In this document: piece by piece, positions 23,369-30,537 of the stretch
Numbering within the stretch: position 1 is the first letter of the stretch
Layout: each line of letters opens with the position of its first letter
Source: a virus
Strand: one strand, 5' to 3'
Length of the DNA stretch: 41,788 bases
IMG/VR virus record: IMGVR_UViG_3300029531_000014
The notes under the pieces: model-generated
Seen by the model: the letters and a program-made list of their open reading frames with translations, nothing else
Told to the model about the DNA's origin: nothing
Databases searched by the model: none
Made by a program: the position numbers and the translations under genes

Positions 23369-23532
23369 ACCGCGCGGAAGGGAATGCCCCGGCGGGCCAA
23401 GGCGGCGTTGATCCGGCTCTTCCCTACCTCCCTTCTGCGCCGGGCCTCCTGGCGCTTTCTGGCCGCTGGGGCAATGGCCCGCAGCAGGATGTCCATGTCA
23501 TGGCGTTGCTTGATCTCTTGTACTGGGTTCAT
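23365..23532 (-). CDS. Small basic hypothetical protein (55 aa)
   Basis: ATG 23532 follows AGAGGTGAAATTG. It reads MNPVQEIKQRHDMDILLRAIAPAARKRQEARRRREVGKSRINAALARRGIPFRAV and is below the track cutoff. Confidence 0.45.
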   Translation of the reverse strand: MNPVQEIKQRHDMDILLRAIAPAARKRQEARRRREVGKSRINAALARRGIPFRAV

Positions 23533-23743
23533 CAATTTCACCTCTTTTCTTCATCCACTCTTCCATCAGCTTTTCATAAACGTGGAAAATAGGCTGTTTT
23601 GCGCCCTCAATACATGTCCCAAAAAGGTATACTCCTTGTTTGATACCGCGTCTAAGAGTATCGGGTGATATACTCAATCCAGCCGCTCTTAAAATTTCGG
23701 TTGCTTCCTCGATGGTCAAAACTTTGACCTTATAATTCGTCAT
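23498..23743 (-). CDS. HTH DNA-binding protein (excisionase/MerR-like)
   Basis: LTIEEATEILRAAGLSISPDTLRRGIKQG. Confidence 0.55.
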   Translation of the reverse strand: MTNYKVKVLTIEEATEILRAAGLSISPDTLRRGIKQGVYLFGTCIEGAKQPIFHVYEKLMEEWMKKRGEIDEPSTRDQATP

Positions 23744-23952
23744 ATTCTGTTACCTTCTTTCTCTTGTAAAAAATCAGAGATATCACATTCAAACAATCGC
23801 GCCAACGCGTTGAGATGGAGAACTCCAGGAATTCGCTTTTCAGATTCCCAAAAGTAAACAGCCTGATTAGATACTCGTATCTGCCGCGCGACTTCCATTT
23901 GTGTAAATCCTCTTGAAATTCGAATTTTCCGAAGATTCGTCCCAATAGACAT
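23740..23952 (-). CDS. Cro-like XRE-family HTH regulator
   Basis: MSIGTNLRKIRISRGFTQMEVARQIRVSNQAVYFWESEKRIP. It is an early gene of the minus-strand operon, divergent from the lysogeny block. Confidence 0.75.
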   Translation of the reverse strand: MSIGTNLRKIRISRGFTQMEVARQIRVSNQAVYFWESEKRIPGVLHLNALARLFECDISDFLQEKEGNRI

Positions 23953-23969
23953 AAGATCACTCTCCAGAT

Positions 23970-23999
23970 CCCCGCCCGATTAAGGGCGGGGTCGTTTTT
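23970..23999 (+). terminator. GC hairpin with T-run in the plus orientation (within the cro-like leader)
   Basis: CCCCGCCC-gattaa-GGGCGGGG followed by TCGTTTTT. Confidence 0.5.
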
Positions 24000-24144
24000 C
24001 TCCGTTGCTTTTTCTTCTTTTCTTTTTGGGCTTGTCCCTCCATCCCTCTGCATACCCCGCAATATAAAACAGGGCTTCTTTTGGCAGTCCAGAAAGACTG
24101 TCTACCACGCTCTGAACATCAGAGAGTTTCTTTAGATCAATCAT
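23980..24144 (-). CDS. Small hypothetical protein (54 aa) at the head of the early operon
   Basis: ATG 24144 follows AAAGGTGGTGACAAC. It reads MIDLKKLSDVQSVVDSLSGLPKEALFYIAGYAEGWRDKPKKKRRKSNGEKRPRP. Its stop codon lies in the hairpin loop. Confidence 0.4.
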   Translation of the reverse strand: MIDLKKLSDVQSVVDSLSGLPKEALFYIAGYAEGWRDKPKKKRRKSNGEKRPRP

Positions 24145-24145
24145 G

Positions 24146-24174
24146 TTGTCACCACCTTTCTATTTTGGTAAAAT
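24146..24174 (+). promoter_or_regulatory. Plus-strand promoter TTGTCA-17-TAAAAT with TGn extension
   Basis: TTGTCAccacctttctattTTGGTAAAAT, 8 nt upstream of AAGGAGG and ATG 24197. Confidence 0.45.
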
Positions 24175-24196
24175 GTCCCATAAGGAGGAACATCTT

Positions 24197-24514
24197 ATGA
24201 ACGATAAAAATTTAGAAGAGTTGAACCGACTAAAAAATATACTTGAAACTGAATTAGAAACAGAAACTATCTCTTTGGAAGAGTCCTCTGCTGGGAAACA
24301 CCTAAGTGAATTACAAAAACTCCGTCAGGAATTTGACCAGTATCGTGCCGAGCAGGCTGCCTATCAAGCCGCCGCAGAACATCGAGAAAAAGTAGCGGAA
24401 CGAAAGGGATTCTTCCTTGGACTTGTTTCTGGTCTTGTTGCTACGGTCGTCGGTGGGCTTGTCATCTACTATTGGCCTGCTATCACAGCTTGGCTTTTTT
24501 CGCTTACTCAATAA
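24197..24514 (+). CDS. Coiled-coil protein with C-terminal TM anchor (lysogeny-side)
   Basis: MNDKNLEELNRLKNILETELE...GFFLGLVSGLVATVVGGLVIYYWPAITAWLF. Confidence 0.6.
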   Translation: MNDKNLEELNRLKNILETELETETISLEESSAGKHLSELQKLRQEFDQYRAEQAAYQAAAEHREKVAERKGFFLGLVSGLVATVVGGLVIYYWPAITAWLFSLTQ

Positions 24515-24782
24515 ATCACCTTCTCATTATTGTCGCCGTTCTCGCCTTGATCGTCGCTTTCATGGGACTCTACCTTCCAACGAGTAAGCACCCGCCCCAA
24601 ATTCAGCCCAGCTCAGAAAGCCAACAGCAAGCAAAGCAATATACCGAAAAAATTCAAAGTCAAAATTGATTTCACCGCTTTACTATCGATCCATTTTATC
24701 GTTCTTTTTCACTGCTTAGTTATATAGTAACATAACCAAGTTTCTCTGTCAAGCAATTTTTATAACTCAGTTAAATTTTCTA

Positions 24783-24811
24783 TTGACTTTTTTCTATCTT
24801 TATGTTTTAAT
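24783..24811 (+). promoter_or_regulatory. Promoter for the CI-like gene, TTGACT-17-TTTAAT with TGn
   Basis: Read directly from the sequence, about 25 nt upstream of GTG 24837. Confidence 0.45.
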
Positions 24812-24836
24812 GGATTTTAGACAGGAGGTGTAAAAA

Positions 24837-25205
24837 GTGGAGACCATTAACAATCGAATTGCATGGTGTGTTAAGGACAGTGGACTCACAAAAACAGCTT
24901 TTTCAGAACGCTTAAATGTATCTCAAGCATTTATTTCTCAGTTGTGTTCTGGAGTGAAAACACCAAGTGACCGAACAATTGCAGATATCTGCCGAGAGTT
25001 CAACATATCCGAAGTGTGGCTTCGCACCGGAGAAGGTGAACCCCACATGGAAAGAGATAAAGACGAAGAATTCCTTGAGATCATGGAAAAAATCAACATA
25101 TCAGATGATGATTTAATTAAACGGATTATTAAGGCTTATTGGTTTTTGGATGATGATGAAAAAGCCGCTGTAAAAAAAATGATCGACAATCTATCTGGAA
25201 AATAA
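24837..25205 (+). CDS. CI-like XRE-family repressor
   Basis: GTG start after AGGAGGTGTAAAAA. HTH segment LTKTAFSERLNVSQAFISQLCSGVKTPS plus a C-terminal domain. Confidence 0.75.
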   Translation: METINNRIAWCVKDSGLTKTAFSERLNVSQAFISQLCSGVKTPSDRTIADICREFNISEVWLRTGEGEPHMERDKDEEFLEIMEKINISDDDLIKRIIKAYWFLDDDEKAAVKKMIDNLSGK

Positions 25206-25208
25206 AAA

Positions 25209-25228
25209 GCCCCGGATTTCTCCGGGGC
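25209..25228. terminator. Hairpin terminator between convergent genes
   Basis: GCCCCGGA-tttc-TCCGGGGC with an A-run on the plus side, which gives a T-run in the minus orientation. Confidence 0.55.
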
Positions 25229-25236
25229 CTGGAAGA

Positions 25237-25371
25237 TCAGCAGATCAGTTTTTCTAATATTTTTGCACGGGTAATCATGGCTCTCAAAAATTCTTCATTA
25301 GAATTTCTCTCTATGATGTATTGAAGCTCTTTCTTTAATCGCTCTGTTTTCTTTCTTTTCTCTTCTTTCAT
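25237..25371 (-). CDS. Small basic helical protein (44 aa)
   Basis: MKEEKRKKTERLKKELQYIIERNSNEEFLRAMITRAKILEKLIC. ATGA overlap with the upstream ORF. Confidence 0.45.
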   Translation of the reverse strand: MKEEKRKKTERLKKELQYIIERNSNEEFLRAMITRAKILEKLIC

Positions 25372-25559
25372 ATAGCATCTACCTCTGAGCGATCAAAAGA
25401 GCTGCTTATTTTGGGTAATACCTGTTTAATAAACGTATCTAATCGTGGATCAGTAATTTCACGAATATCACGTACCCCAAAAAGTAGCTCTAAATCAGTT
25501 TCAATACGGTTTTTGTCCGGGCTCTCCTGAATCATCCAATAAATTCCTTCCATATTCAT
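25368..25559 (-). CDS. Small acidic hypothetical protein (63 aa)
   Basis: ATG 25559 follows AAAGGAGGAGTCGAC. Confidence 0.55.
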   Translation of the reverse strand: MNMEGIYWMIQESPDKNRIETDLELLFGVRDIREITDPRLDTFIKQVLPKISSSFDRSEVDAI

Positions 25560-25696
25560 GTCGACTCCTCCTTTTCGACTTTATATAAATAATAGAACGG
25601 TTGTTCGATATTTGCAAGTGAAACTATCCGACAGATATCGACGTTAGTCCATAGATTGGGCTACGTGATATATAAAAATAATTGGAGGTATCCATC

Positions 25697-26200
25697 ATGG
25701 AGACAAAAGAGAAAAAGAAAAAGGGAAAAGCAAAGTGGATCGTTTTAGCCGTTGTCGTTGTTATCATAATTGCTGCTATCGCTGGCGGCGGCAATGATAA
25801 TACGCCCCAAACTCCCTCAAATGAAGATCCCGTTGCCACTTCAGAACAGCCGGCGAGCAACCAGGAAACATCGGAAGAGAAAAAAGATGCAGATGTCCCC
25901 ACAGAGTACAAAAATGCGCTAAAGAAAGCCGAGACATATAGCAAAACAATGCACATGTCAAAGCAAGGAATCTATGATCAGCTTGTGTCTGAATACGGAG
26001 AAAATTTCCCGCCAGAGGCTGCTCAATATGCTATTGATAATCTGGAAGCCGACTACAAGGCAAATGCGCTTGAGAAGGCGAAGACATACTACGAAACAAT
26101 GAATATGTCAAAGGAAGGTGTCCGGGATCAGCTCGTTTCTGAATACGGAGAAAAATTTACGCAGGAAGAAGCCGATTATGCCGTAAACAACCTTGAATGA
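25697..26200 (+). CDS. Ltp-family surface protein (superinfection exclusion type), TM-anchored, two Ltp repeats
   Basis: Two copies of the pattern KNALKKAETYSKTMHMSKQGIYDQLVSEYGENF...AQYAIDNLE / ANALEKAKTYYETMNMSKEGVRDQLVSEYGEKFTQEEADYAVNNLE. Confidence 0.8.
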   Translation: METKEKKKKGKAKWIVLAVVVVIIIAAIAGGGNDNTPQTPSNEDPVATSEQPASNQETSEEKKDADVPTEYKNALKKAETYSKTMHMSKQGIYDQLVSEYGENFPPEAAQYAIDNLEADYKANALEKAKTYYETMNMSKEGVRDQLVSEYGEKFTQEEADYAVNNLE

Positions 26201-26322
26201 ATAAAAATATTCCTTTAAGAAATGAATCCCGATGCAGGAACGGGCAGTGTTCAATATTTCCCGTTCCTGCTCGGAAGGAATAATATGGGTTGTTCAAGGT
26301 GACACGATTGGAGGTATTCTGT

Positions 26323-26814
26323 ATGCCTATTTTCACAAGCAAAGACAAGGATAAAAATAGAAGCGTAAATTTTATGGCGGTTGATGGATTGCCGGAATAT
26401 CAGTTGGGAGATGCAATCAATGCAACTATTGTAAAAAACGAAAACGTCTTACGGATTAAAGCAAGAGTCTTCAAGCGCCCTATTATTAACTTACCGATCA
26501 ACAAAATTCTTTCTGCTGTTTTTGCTTCTGAAACGGAGATTTTAGAAAAAGATAAAAGCGTTATTGGCCGCGCAGCGGTTGGGACTCTTCTTCTTGGTCC
26601 TTTGGGAACTATCGTCGGAGGTATGTCAGGGATCGGCGCAAAGCACAAGCGAGAAATAAAGAACTTTTTGTTGATCTCTTACGCTGGCGAAGATGAAGAG
26701 AAAACGATTGTCTTTGAAGTAGTTGGGGCCTCCATTGGATGGGCAAAGTTCTTAAAAGAACTGAACGCCCTTATTCCAAACAAACCAGAACAAAAAACAT
26801 CAATCACATTATGA
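26323..26814 (+). CDS. Hypothetical protein with central glycine-zipper segment
   Basis: GRAAVGTLLLGPLGTIVGGMSGIGA. ATG 26323 follows GGAGGTATTCTGT. Confidence 0.6.
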   Translation: MPIFTSKDKDKNRSVNFMAVDGLPEYQLGDAINATIVKNENVLRIKARVFKRPIINLPINKILSAVFASETEILEKDKSVIGRAAVGTLLLGPLGTIVGGMSGIGAKHKREIKNFLLISYAGEDEEKTIVFEVVGASIGWAKFLKELNALIPNKPEQKTSITL

Positions 26815-26919
26815 AAAATCCGCCCCCGGTGTTGGCGCACCGAGGACGGTTGTAGAAGGGAAGATGCTTTGCAAGGGCTATCTTCCCTTCTATTCTAACG
26901 AATGGAAGGAGTATTGTCA

Positions 26920-27990
26920 ATGTTATGTATCAAGTGCAAAAAAGAAATACCAGAATATTCTATCTTTTGCCCTTTATGCGGGAAAAAGCAGGTTGCCGAA
27001 AAAAGAAAAGCTTTGAAAAGAGCAAATGGAACAGGGACTGTATATAAGCTCCAGGGGCGCCGGAAACGGCCCTGGGTGGCCGCAAAGAACCGAGTAATAA
27101 TAGGATACTACGAAACTAAGACAAGTGCTATGGAGGCGTTAGAGGGATTATCAGGACGTAATCTGTCAGATCGGTATAACATGACGTTTGCCGAGGTGTT
27201 TGATGAGTGGAAGACGGAACACTACAAAGAAATAACCAAAAGTGGTATTTCCTCCTATGACAGGGCATTTGATATATTCGAAAAACTGCATAGGCGAAAA
27301 TTCCGGGATTTAAGAACTGTCGATTTTCAGTCGATTATAGACCAGCACATGGACAAAACACAATCAACCGTATCAAAGTATAAGCAACTCATTACCCAAA
27401 TGTCTCGATGGGCGATCCGGGAAGAAATTTGCACAACAAATTTTGCAAAGTTCGTCAAGGTTCCGGAACGTATAAAAAAAGAAAAAGACATTTTCACAGA
27501 AGAAGAAATCAAAAAATTAGAAGAAGATGGAAGCGAAGCAGCCAGGATAATTCTAATGCTTCTATCGACAGGAATGCGGATAGGAGAACTTTTTTCCCTC
27601 CCTCTGAATAGTTATCACAAAACATACGTGATCGGTGGATCAAAGACGGAGGCAGGACGAGGAAGGGTAATCCCCATCCGGCCAGAAGGGCGGAAGCACT
27701 TTGAATACTTTGCCGGACAAGCAACTGGGCCGCTCCTGCTCTCTGGGTATGTAGGAGAAAAGCGACTTGAGAATTACCGGAGACGCAATTATTATCCACT
27801 TCTAAAGCGTCTCGGTATTGAGCGGCATACTCCGCATGCAACCAGACACACTTACACATCAAGGGCGGTCAAGGAGGGGATGTCTCCTGAAGTGCTACAA
27901 AAAATTCTCGGCCACGCAGACTATTCCACGACAGCAAACGTCTATACTCACATCGACATTGACACACTGGTTGAGGCAGTCGAGCGTTAG
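26920..27990 (+). CDS. int: Tyrosine integrase with N-terminal zinc ribbon
   Basis: CIKCKKEIPEYSIFCPLCGKK at the N-terminus and HATRHTYTSRAV...LGHADYSTTANVYTH at the C-terminus. Adjacent to attP. Confidence 0.9.
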   Translation: MLCIKCKKEIPEYSIFCPLCGKKQVAEKRKALKRANGTGTVYKLQGRRKRPWVAAKNRVIIGYYETKTSAMEALEGLSGRNLSDRYNMTFAEVFDEWKTEHYKEITKSGISSYDRAFDIFEKLHRRKFRDLRTVDFQSIIDQHMDKTQSTVSKYKQLITQMSRWAIREEICTTNFAKFVKVPERIKKEKDIFTEEEIKKLEEDGSEAARIILMLLSTGMRIGELFSLPLNSYHKTYVIGGSKTEAGRGRVIPIRPEGRKHFEYFAGQATGPLLLSGYVGEKRLENYRRRNYYPLLKRLGIERHTPHATRHTYTSRAVKEGMSPEVLQKILGHADYSTTANVYTHIDIDTLVEAVER

Positions 27991-27994
27991 AAAT

Positions 27995-28006
27995 TTGTTA
28001 GTAACC
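27995..28006 (+). repeat. Direct repeat TTGTTAGTAACC (candidate integrase arm-type site, P arm)
   Basis: Identical 12-mer also found at 28212..28223, on the other side of the tRNA-like core. Confidence 0.5.
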
Positions 28007-28109
28007 GAAATCATCTTCTCTTAACTCTTCTTGTTTGAAGTAATAAAAAAACATTGAAAAATCAAGGAAAATCAACGTTATGTAATATAAAAAATGATTC
28101 GTATATATT

Positions 28110-28153
28110 TGACGTGCGGGAGGTCACAGGTTCAAGTCCTGTATCGTCCACCA
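28110..28153 (+). other. attP core candidate: 3' portion of a tRNA gene (T-arm, acceptor 3' strand, CCA)
   Basis: ...GGTCACAGG-TTCAAGT-CCTGT-ATCGTCC-A-CCA with no matching 5' half upstream (AT-rich there). It lies directly downstream of the integrase. Confidence 0.65.
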
Positions 28154-28191
28154 AAGAAAGCCCTGAAACCAAAAGGTTTCAGGGCTTTCTT
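28154..28191. terminator. 17-bp-stem terminator hairpin
   Basis: AAGAAAGCCCTGAAACC-aaaa-GGTTTCAGGGCTTTCTT, between the convergent integrase/tRNA remnant and the cargo operon. Confidence 0.75.
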
Positions 28192-28211
28192 TACTCTCTC
28201 CCGTTGCGAGA

Positions 28212-28223
28212 TTGTTAGTAACC
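28212..28223 (+). repeat. Direct repeat TTGTTAGTAACC (candidate arm-type site, P' arm)
   Basis: Identical to 27995..28006. Confidence 0.5.
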
Positions 28224-28234
28224 TGCATGTAACG

Positions 28235-28561
28235 TCACAGGTATCTTATTTTTCTCATTACTCCTTCATATACACGGGGATTAACAGTATGCAATGTGTC
28301 CATAAGGTCATCTATTATTTCCCATACAGCGTCCGGGTCCCTATTCTTCACCTCACAGAGGAAATCACTTTCCCCCCAGCGGGGAGGATCTGGGGAAGTA
28401 GAATGCCCTCCATCATAAGCAATAGGAACCGCCTTTCCTTCCTCCCGATCCATGCAGTCCCGGATAGTATAAAGGTTTGCCAGCTTGGCATAAGCCGGGT
28501 AGCTACTCTCCCCATACTCCAAACGGGCAATTTCAATATCTATTTCCTTGCGGTCAAGCAT
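28235..28561 (-). CDS. Hypothetical cargo protein
   Basis: 108 aa, MLDRKEIDIEIARLEYGESSYPAYAKLANLYTIRDCM... Last gene of the cargo operon. Confidence 0.6.
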   Translation of the reverse strand: MLDRKEIDIEIARLEYGESSYPAYAKLANLYTIRDCMDREEGKAVPIAYDGGHSTSPDPPRWGESDFLCEVKNRDPDAVWEIIDDLMDTLHTVNPRVYEGVMRKIRYL

Positions 28562-28573
28562 GGGGGCACCCCC

Positions 28574-28963
28574 TTACGCTTTCTCCAGCTGCTCCATAGC
28601 CCGGCGCAGGATTTCCTTTTCTCTTTCGTTGGCACCACTCATCATATCCTCAATCTGGTCCATCATGTGTTCTTTAGCATCGGTGCGGGAATACATGCGT
28701 CCATCCCGGCTATACCGGCCCATGGAATCCCGTTTCCGGCCACGGTAACTGGAGCCTCGTCCATAGGTGCCGCGCATATCGGCCTCCCAGTCACCAGCCC
28801 GGCTGTAATCGCCGTGTTCCTCCAGCATCTCAATCTTGTCCAGGTTTTTAATGGTATCAGTCAGCTTGTGGACGATCTCCAGGTCTCCGGCGCCCAACTC
28901 GCCCTTGCGAGCAATTTCCTTCAGCTCTTCGCAGAGCTTTTCTTTCAGTTCATGCATATACAT
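28574..28963 (-). CDS. Hypothetical protein with an Arg/Ser/Tyr/Gly-rich disordered centre
   Basis: ATG 28963 follows AAAGGAGAGTCAAT. Central segment RGTYGRGSSYRGRKRDSMGRYSRDGRMYSRTD. Confidence 0.6.
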   Translation of the reverse strand: MYMHELKEKLCEELKEIARKGELGAGDLEIVHKLTDTIKNLDKIEMLEEHGDYSRAGDWEADMRGTYGRGSSYRGRKRDSMGRYSRDGRMYSRTDAKEHMMDQIEDMMSGANEREKEILRRAMEQLEKA

Positions 28964-28976
28964 ATTGACTCTCCTT

Positions 28977-29399
28977 TCAGGCCACACGCTCAACGATCAG
29001 GTTAGCATTTTCAATCTCAATCGTCTCTGTGCTGGTATTTTTGACTGCCACAGTCACACAGCAGCCACGGGGAACCTCAATAAAGGCCGCAGCAAACACA
29101 TTGAAAAACTCGTCCACCGCGGCAGGGGTCACGATAGCAGTGGCGCTGCCCAATGCTTCACCTTCCACTGCAATAGCAATAGAGATAGGTCCAACTGCGC
29201 CGCCTGTGGGAATGGCAATATTGCCGCCAAATACAACTTTGTAGCGGGCTCGGCATTGATTTGTTATACCGCGCAAGGTAACGATGCCAGAACCATCTCT
29301 ATGTACAACACAATTAGATCCGCTCACGGGGGTCTCTGTAAATACGACATTCTGTCCCGCAGCCACTTGCTGCACAAATACGCCAGTAAATTCAGCCAT
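28977..29399 (-). CDS. BclA C-terminal-domain-like (C1q/TNF-like jelly roll) protein without collagen repeats
   Basis: ATG 29399 follows AAAGGAATGATCTT. It ends ...IEIENANLIVERVA, which resembles the BclA C-terminus ...SASIIIEKVA recalled from memory. Beta-rich. Confidence 0.55.
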   Translation of the reverse strand: MAEFTGVFVQQVAAGQNVVFTETPVSGSNCVVHRDGSGIVTLRGITNQCRARYKVVFGGNIAIPTGGAVGPISIAIAVEGEALGSATAIVTPAAVDEFFNVFAAAFIEVPRGCCVTVAVKNTSTETIEIENANLIVERVA

Positions 29400-29513
29400 A
29401 AGATCATTCCTTTCAAAAAAGATAGCGGCGAGGCTATTGCCCCGCCGCGCTTGTTCCAAAATCGGCACGGGGCCGAACATTCCGGTCATGCCGGAAAGTT
29501 GATGTATTAGGTT

Positions 29514-30248
29514 TTAGCAGCCGCAGCCACAGGGATTACACCCACAACCGGCATAAGGATTCGGGACCTGATAGGCCGGAACGGGCATGGGGTTGATGCG
29601 TCGGATCAGCTCATTGGTCTGCGCATCCAGAGTCGCTGTCAAATAGCTGTTCTGATTAGCCTGAGAGGCAGCCAGTTTCAGAGACTGGTTCTCGGCTTGC
29701 AGCGTTGTAATCTTGTCCTGGGTCAAGAAGTCAAGAATGGCTCGGCTGTTCGCATTGGCATTGTCAATGATATCCCTGGTGCTGTTCTGGATAGTGTTTC
29801 GAGTATCGCATGCCTGGGTGGCCATGTTATAATTCACACCATCAATAGCGCGCTGGGTATCGCAGCAACACTGAGCCATCTGTGCCCCCAAAGCATTAAA
29901 GCCCTGCTGCGTCTGATAACCAAGAGTACAAACGGCATTATCAACGCCATGGAATCCGTTACTCACTGCATCACGAATGGAATTCTGTCCATTCTGTAAA
30001 CCATTCAGAGCAAAGCCTTCGTTGATGTCGGCGCGAGTAGCCCAGCCCTGAAAGCCAGGGCCATTGGTACCACCGTTACCGCCAAAACCGCCACCGAAAC
30101 CGTTCCCCCAGCCAAACATGCCGAAGATCAGAAACAGGATAATCCAGGAGGCCCAATCTCCACCCCACATGGAATTACCATAACCGCCGCCCTGATAGGC
30201 AGGAGTTACTGGCATGGTCATCACAGTATTGTCCGAAGAAAGACTCAT
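29514..30248 (-). CDS. Gly-rich TM protein with coiled coil and Cys-rich C-terminal tail
   Basis: WASWIILFLIFGMFGWGNGFGGGFGGNGG..., an internal CCC, and a GCGCNPCGCGC ending. ATG follows AAAGGAGAAAAAACA. Confidence 0.65.
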   Translation of the reverse strand: MSLSSDNTVMTMPVTPAYQGGGYGNSMWGGDWASWIILFLIFGMFGWGNGFGGGFGGNGGTNGPGFQGWATRADINEGFALNGLQNGQNSIRDAVSNGFHGVDNAVCTLGYQTQQGFNALGAQMAQCCCDTQRAIDGVNYNMATQACDTRNTIQNSTRDIIDNANANSRAILDFLTQDKITTLQAENQSLKLAASQANQNSYLTATLDAQTNELIRRINPMPVPAYQVPNPYAGCGCNPCGCGC

Positions 30249-30363
30249 TGTTTTTTCTCCTTTGTAGATTTATTTTCAAAACCGTGGCCACGGATTTTGA
30301 TTGAAATTGAATTGCCCATACAATTATGATAAAATATTAGAAAATGTGATGAGGTGATATAGA

Positions 30364-30537
30364 TTGAAATGCTATTTTTGTAAAATATTTGATGGGAAGC
30401 AAAAGGCGTTTGGGAAACCGTGTTGCTCCATCTGCAAACAAACAATAGAAATAAATAGTAAATTTTGTGAAATTCAGGAAAGTATTGTAGACTCATTCAA
30501 AAAAATTGAAAAAAATCTAAATCGTGATGATCCTTAA
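30364..30537 (+). CDS. Possible small zinc-ribbon ORF (57 aa, TTG start)
   Basis: GAGGTGATATAGA-TTG. It reads LKCYFCKIFDGKQKAFGKPCCSICKQTIEINSKFCEIQESIVDSFKKIEKNLNRDDP and lies in an AT-rich gap. Confidence 0.3.
   Translation: MKCYFCKIFDGKQKAFGKPCCSICKQTIEINSKFCEIQESIVDSFKKIEKNLNRDDP

Noticed and set aside
23730-24062. Minus ORF of 110 aa overlapping the cro-like gene
   Set aside because: It is in an alternative frame over a clear XRE HTH gene and crosses the GC hairpin. The in-frame alternatives (cro-like plus the 54-aa ORF) have proper SDs.
24472-24669. Plus ORF of 65 aa overlapping the end of 24197..24514
   Set aside because: It has a TTG start with no SD and a 43-nt overlap. Only a hydrophobic stretch supports it, so it may be real but the evidence is too weak to call.
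28094-29005. Long plus-strand ORF of 303 aa, and similar antisense ORFs (4717..5589, 5787..6548, 6571..7137, 21839..22633, 22972..23668, 33622..34578, 34579..35214)
   Set aside because: All lie opposite well-supported minus-strand genes or cross terminators and RNA elements. They have low-complexity or Arg/Pro/Ser-rich translations and no SD, so they are shadow ORFs.
30245-30496. Minus ORF of 83 aa in the AT-rich gap
   Set aside because: Its low-complexity Phe/Ile/Ser-rich translation is typical of AT-rich non-coding DNA. It has no SD and is oriented so that it would overlap the start of the downstream operon.
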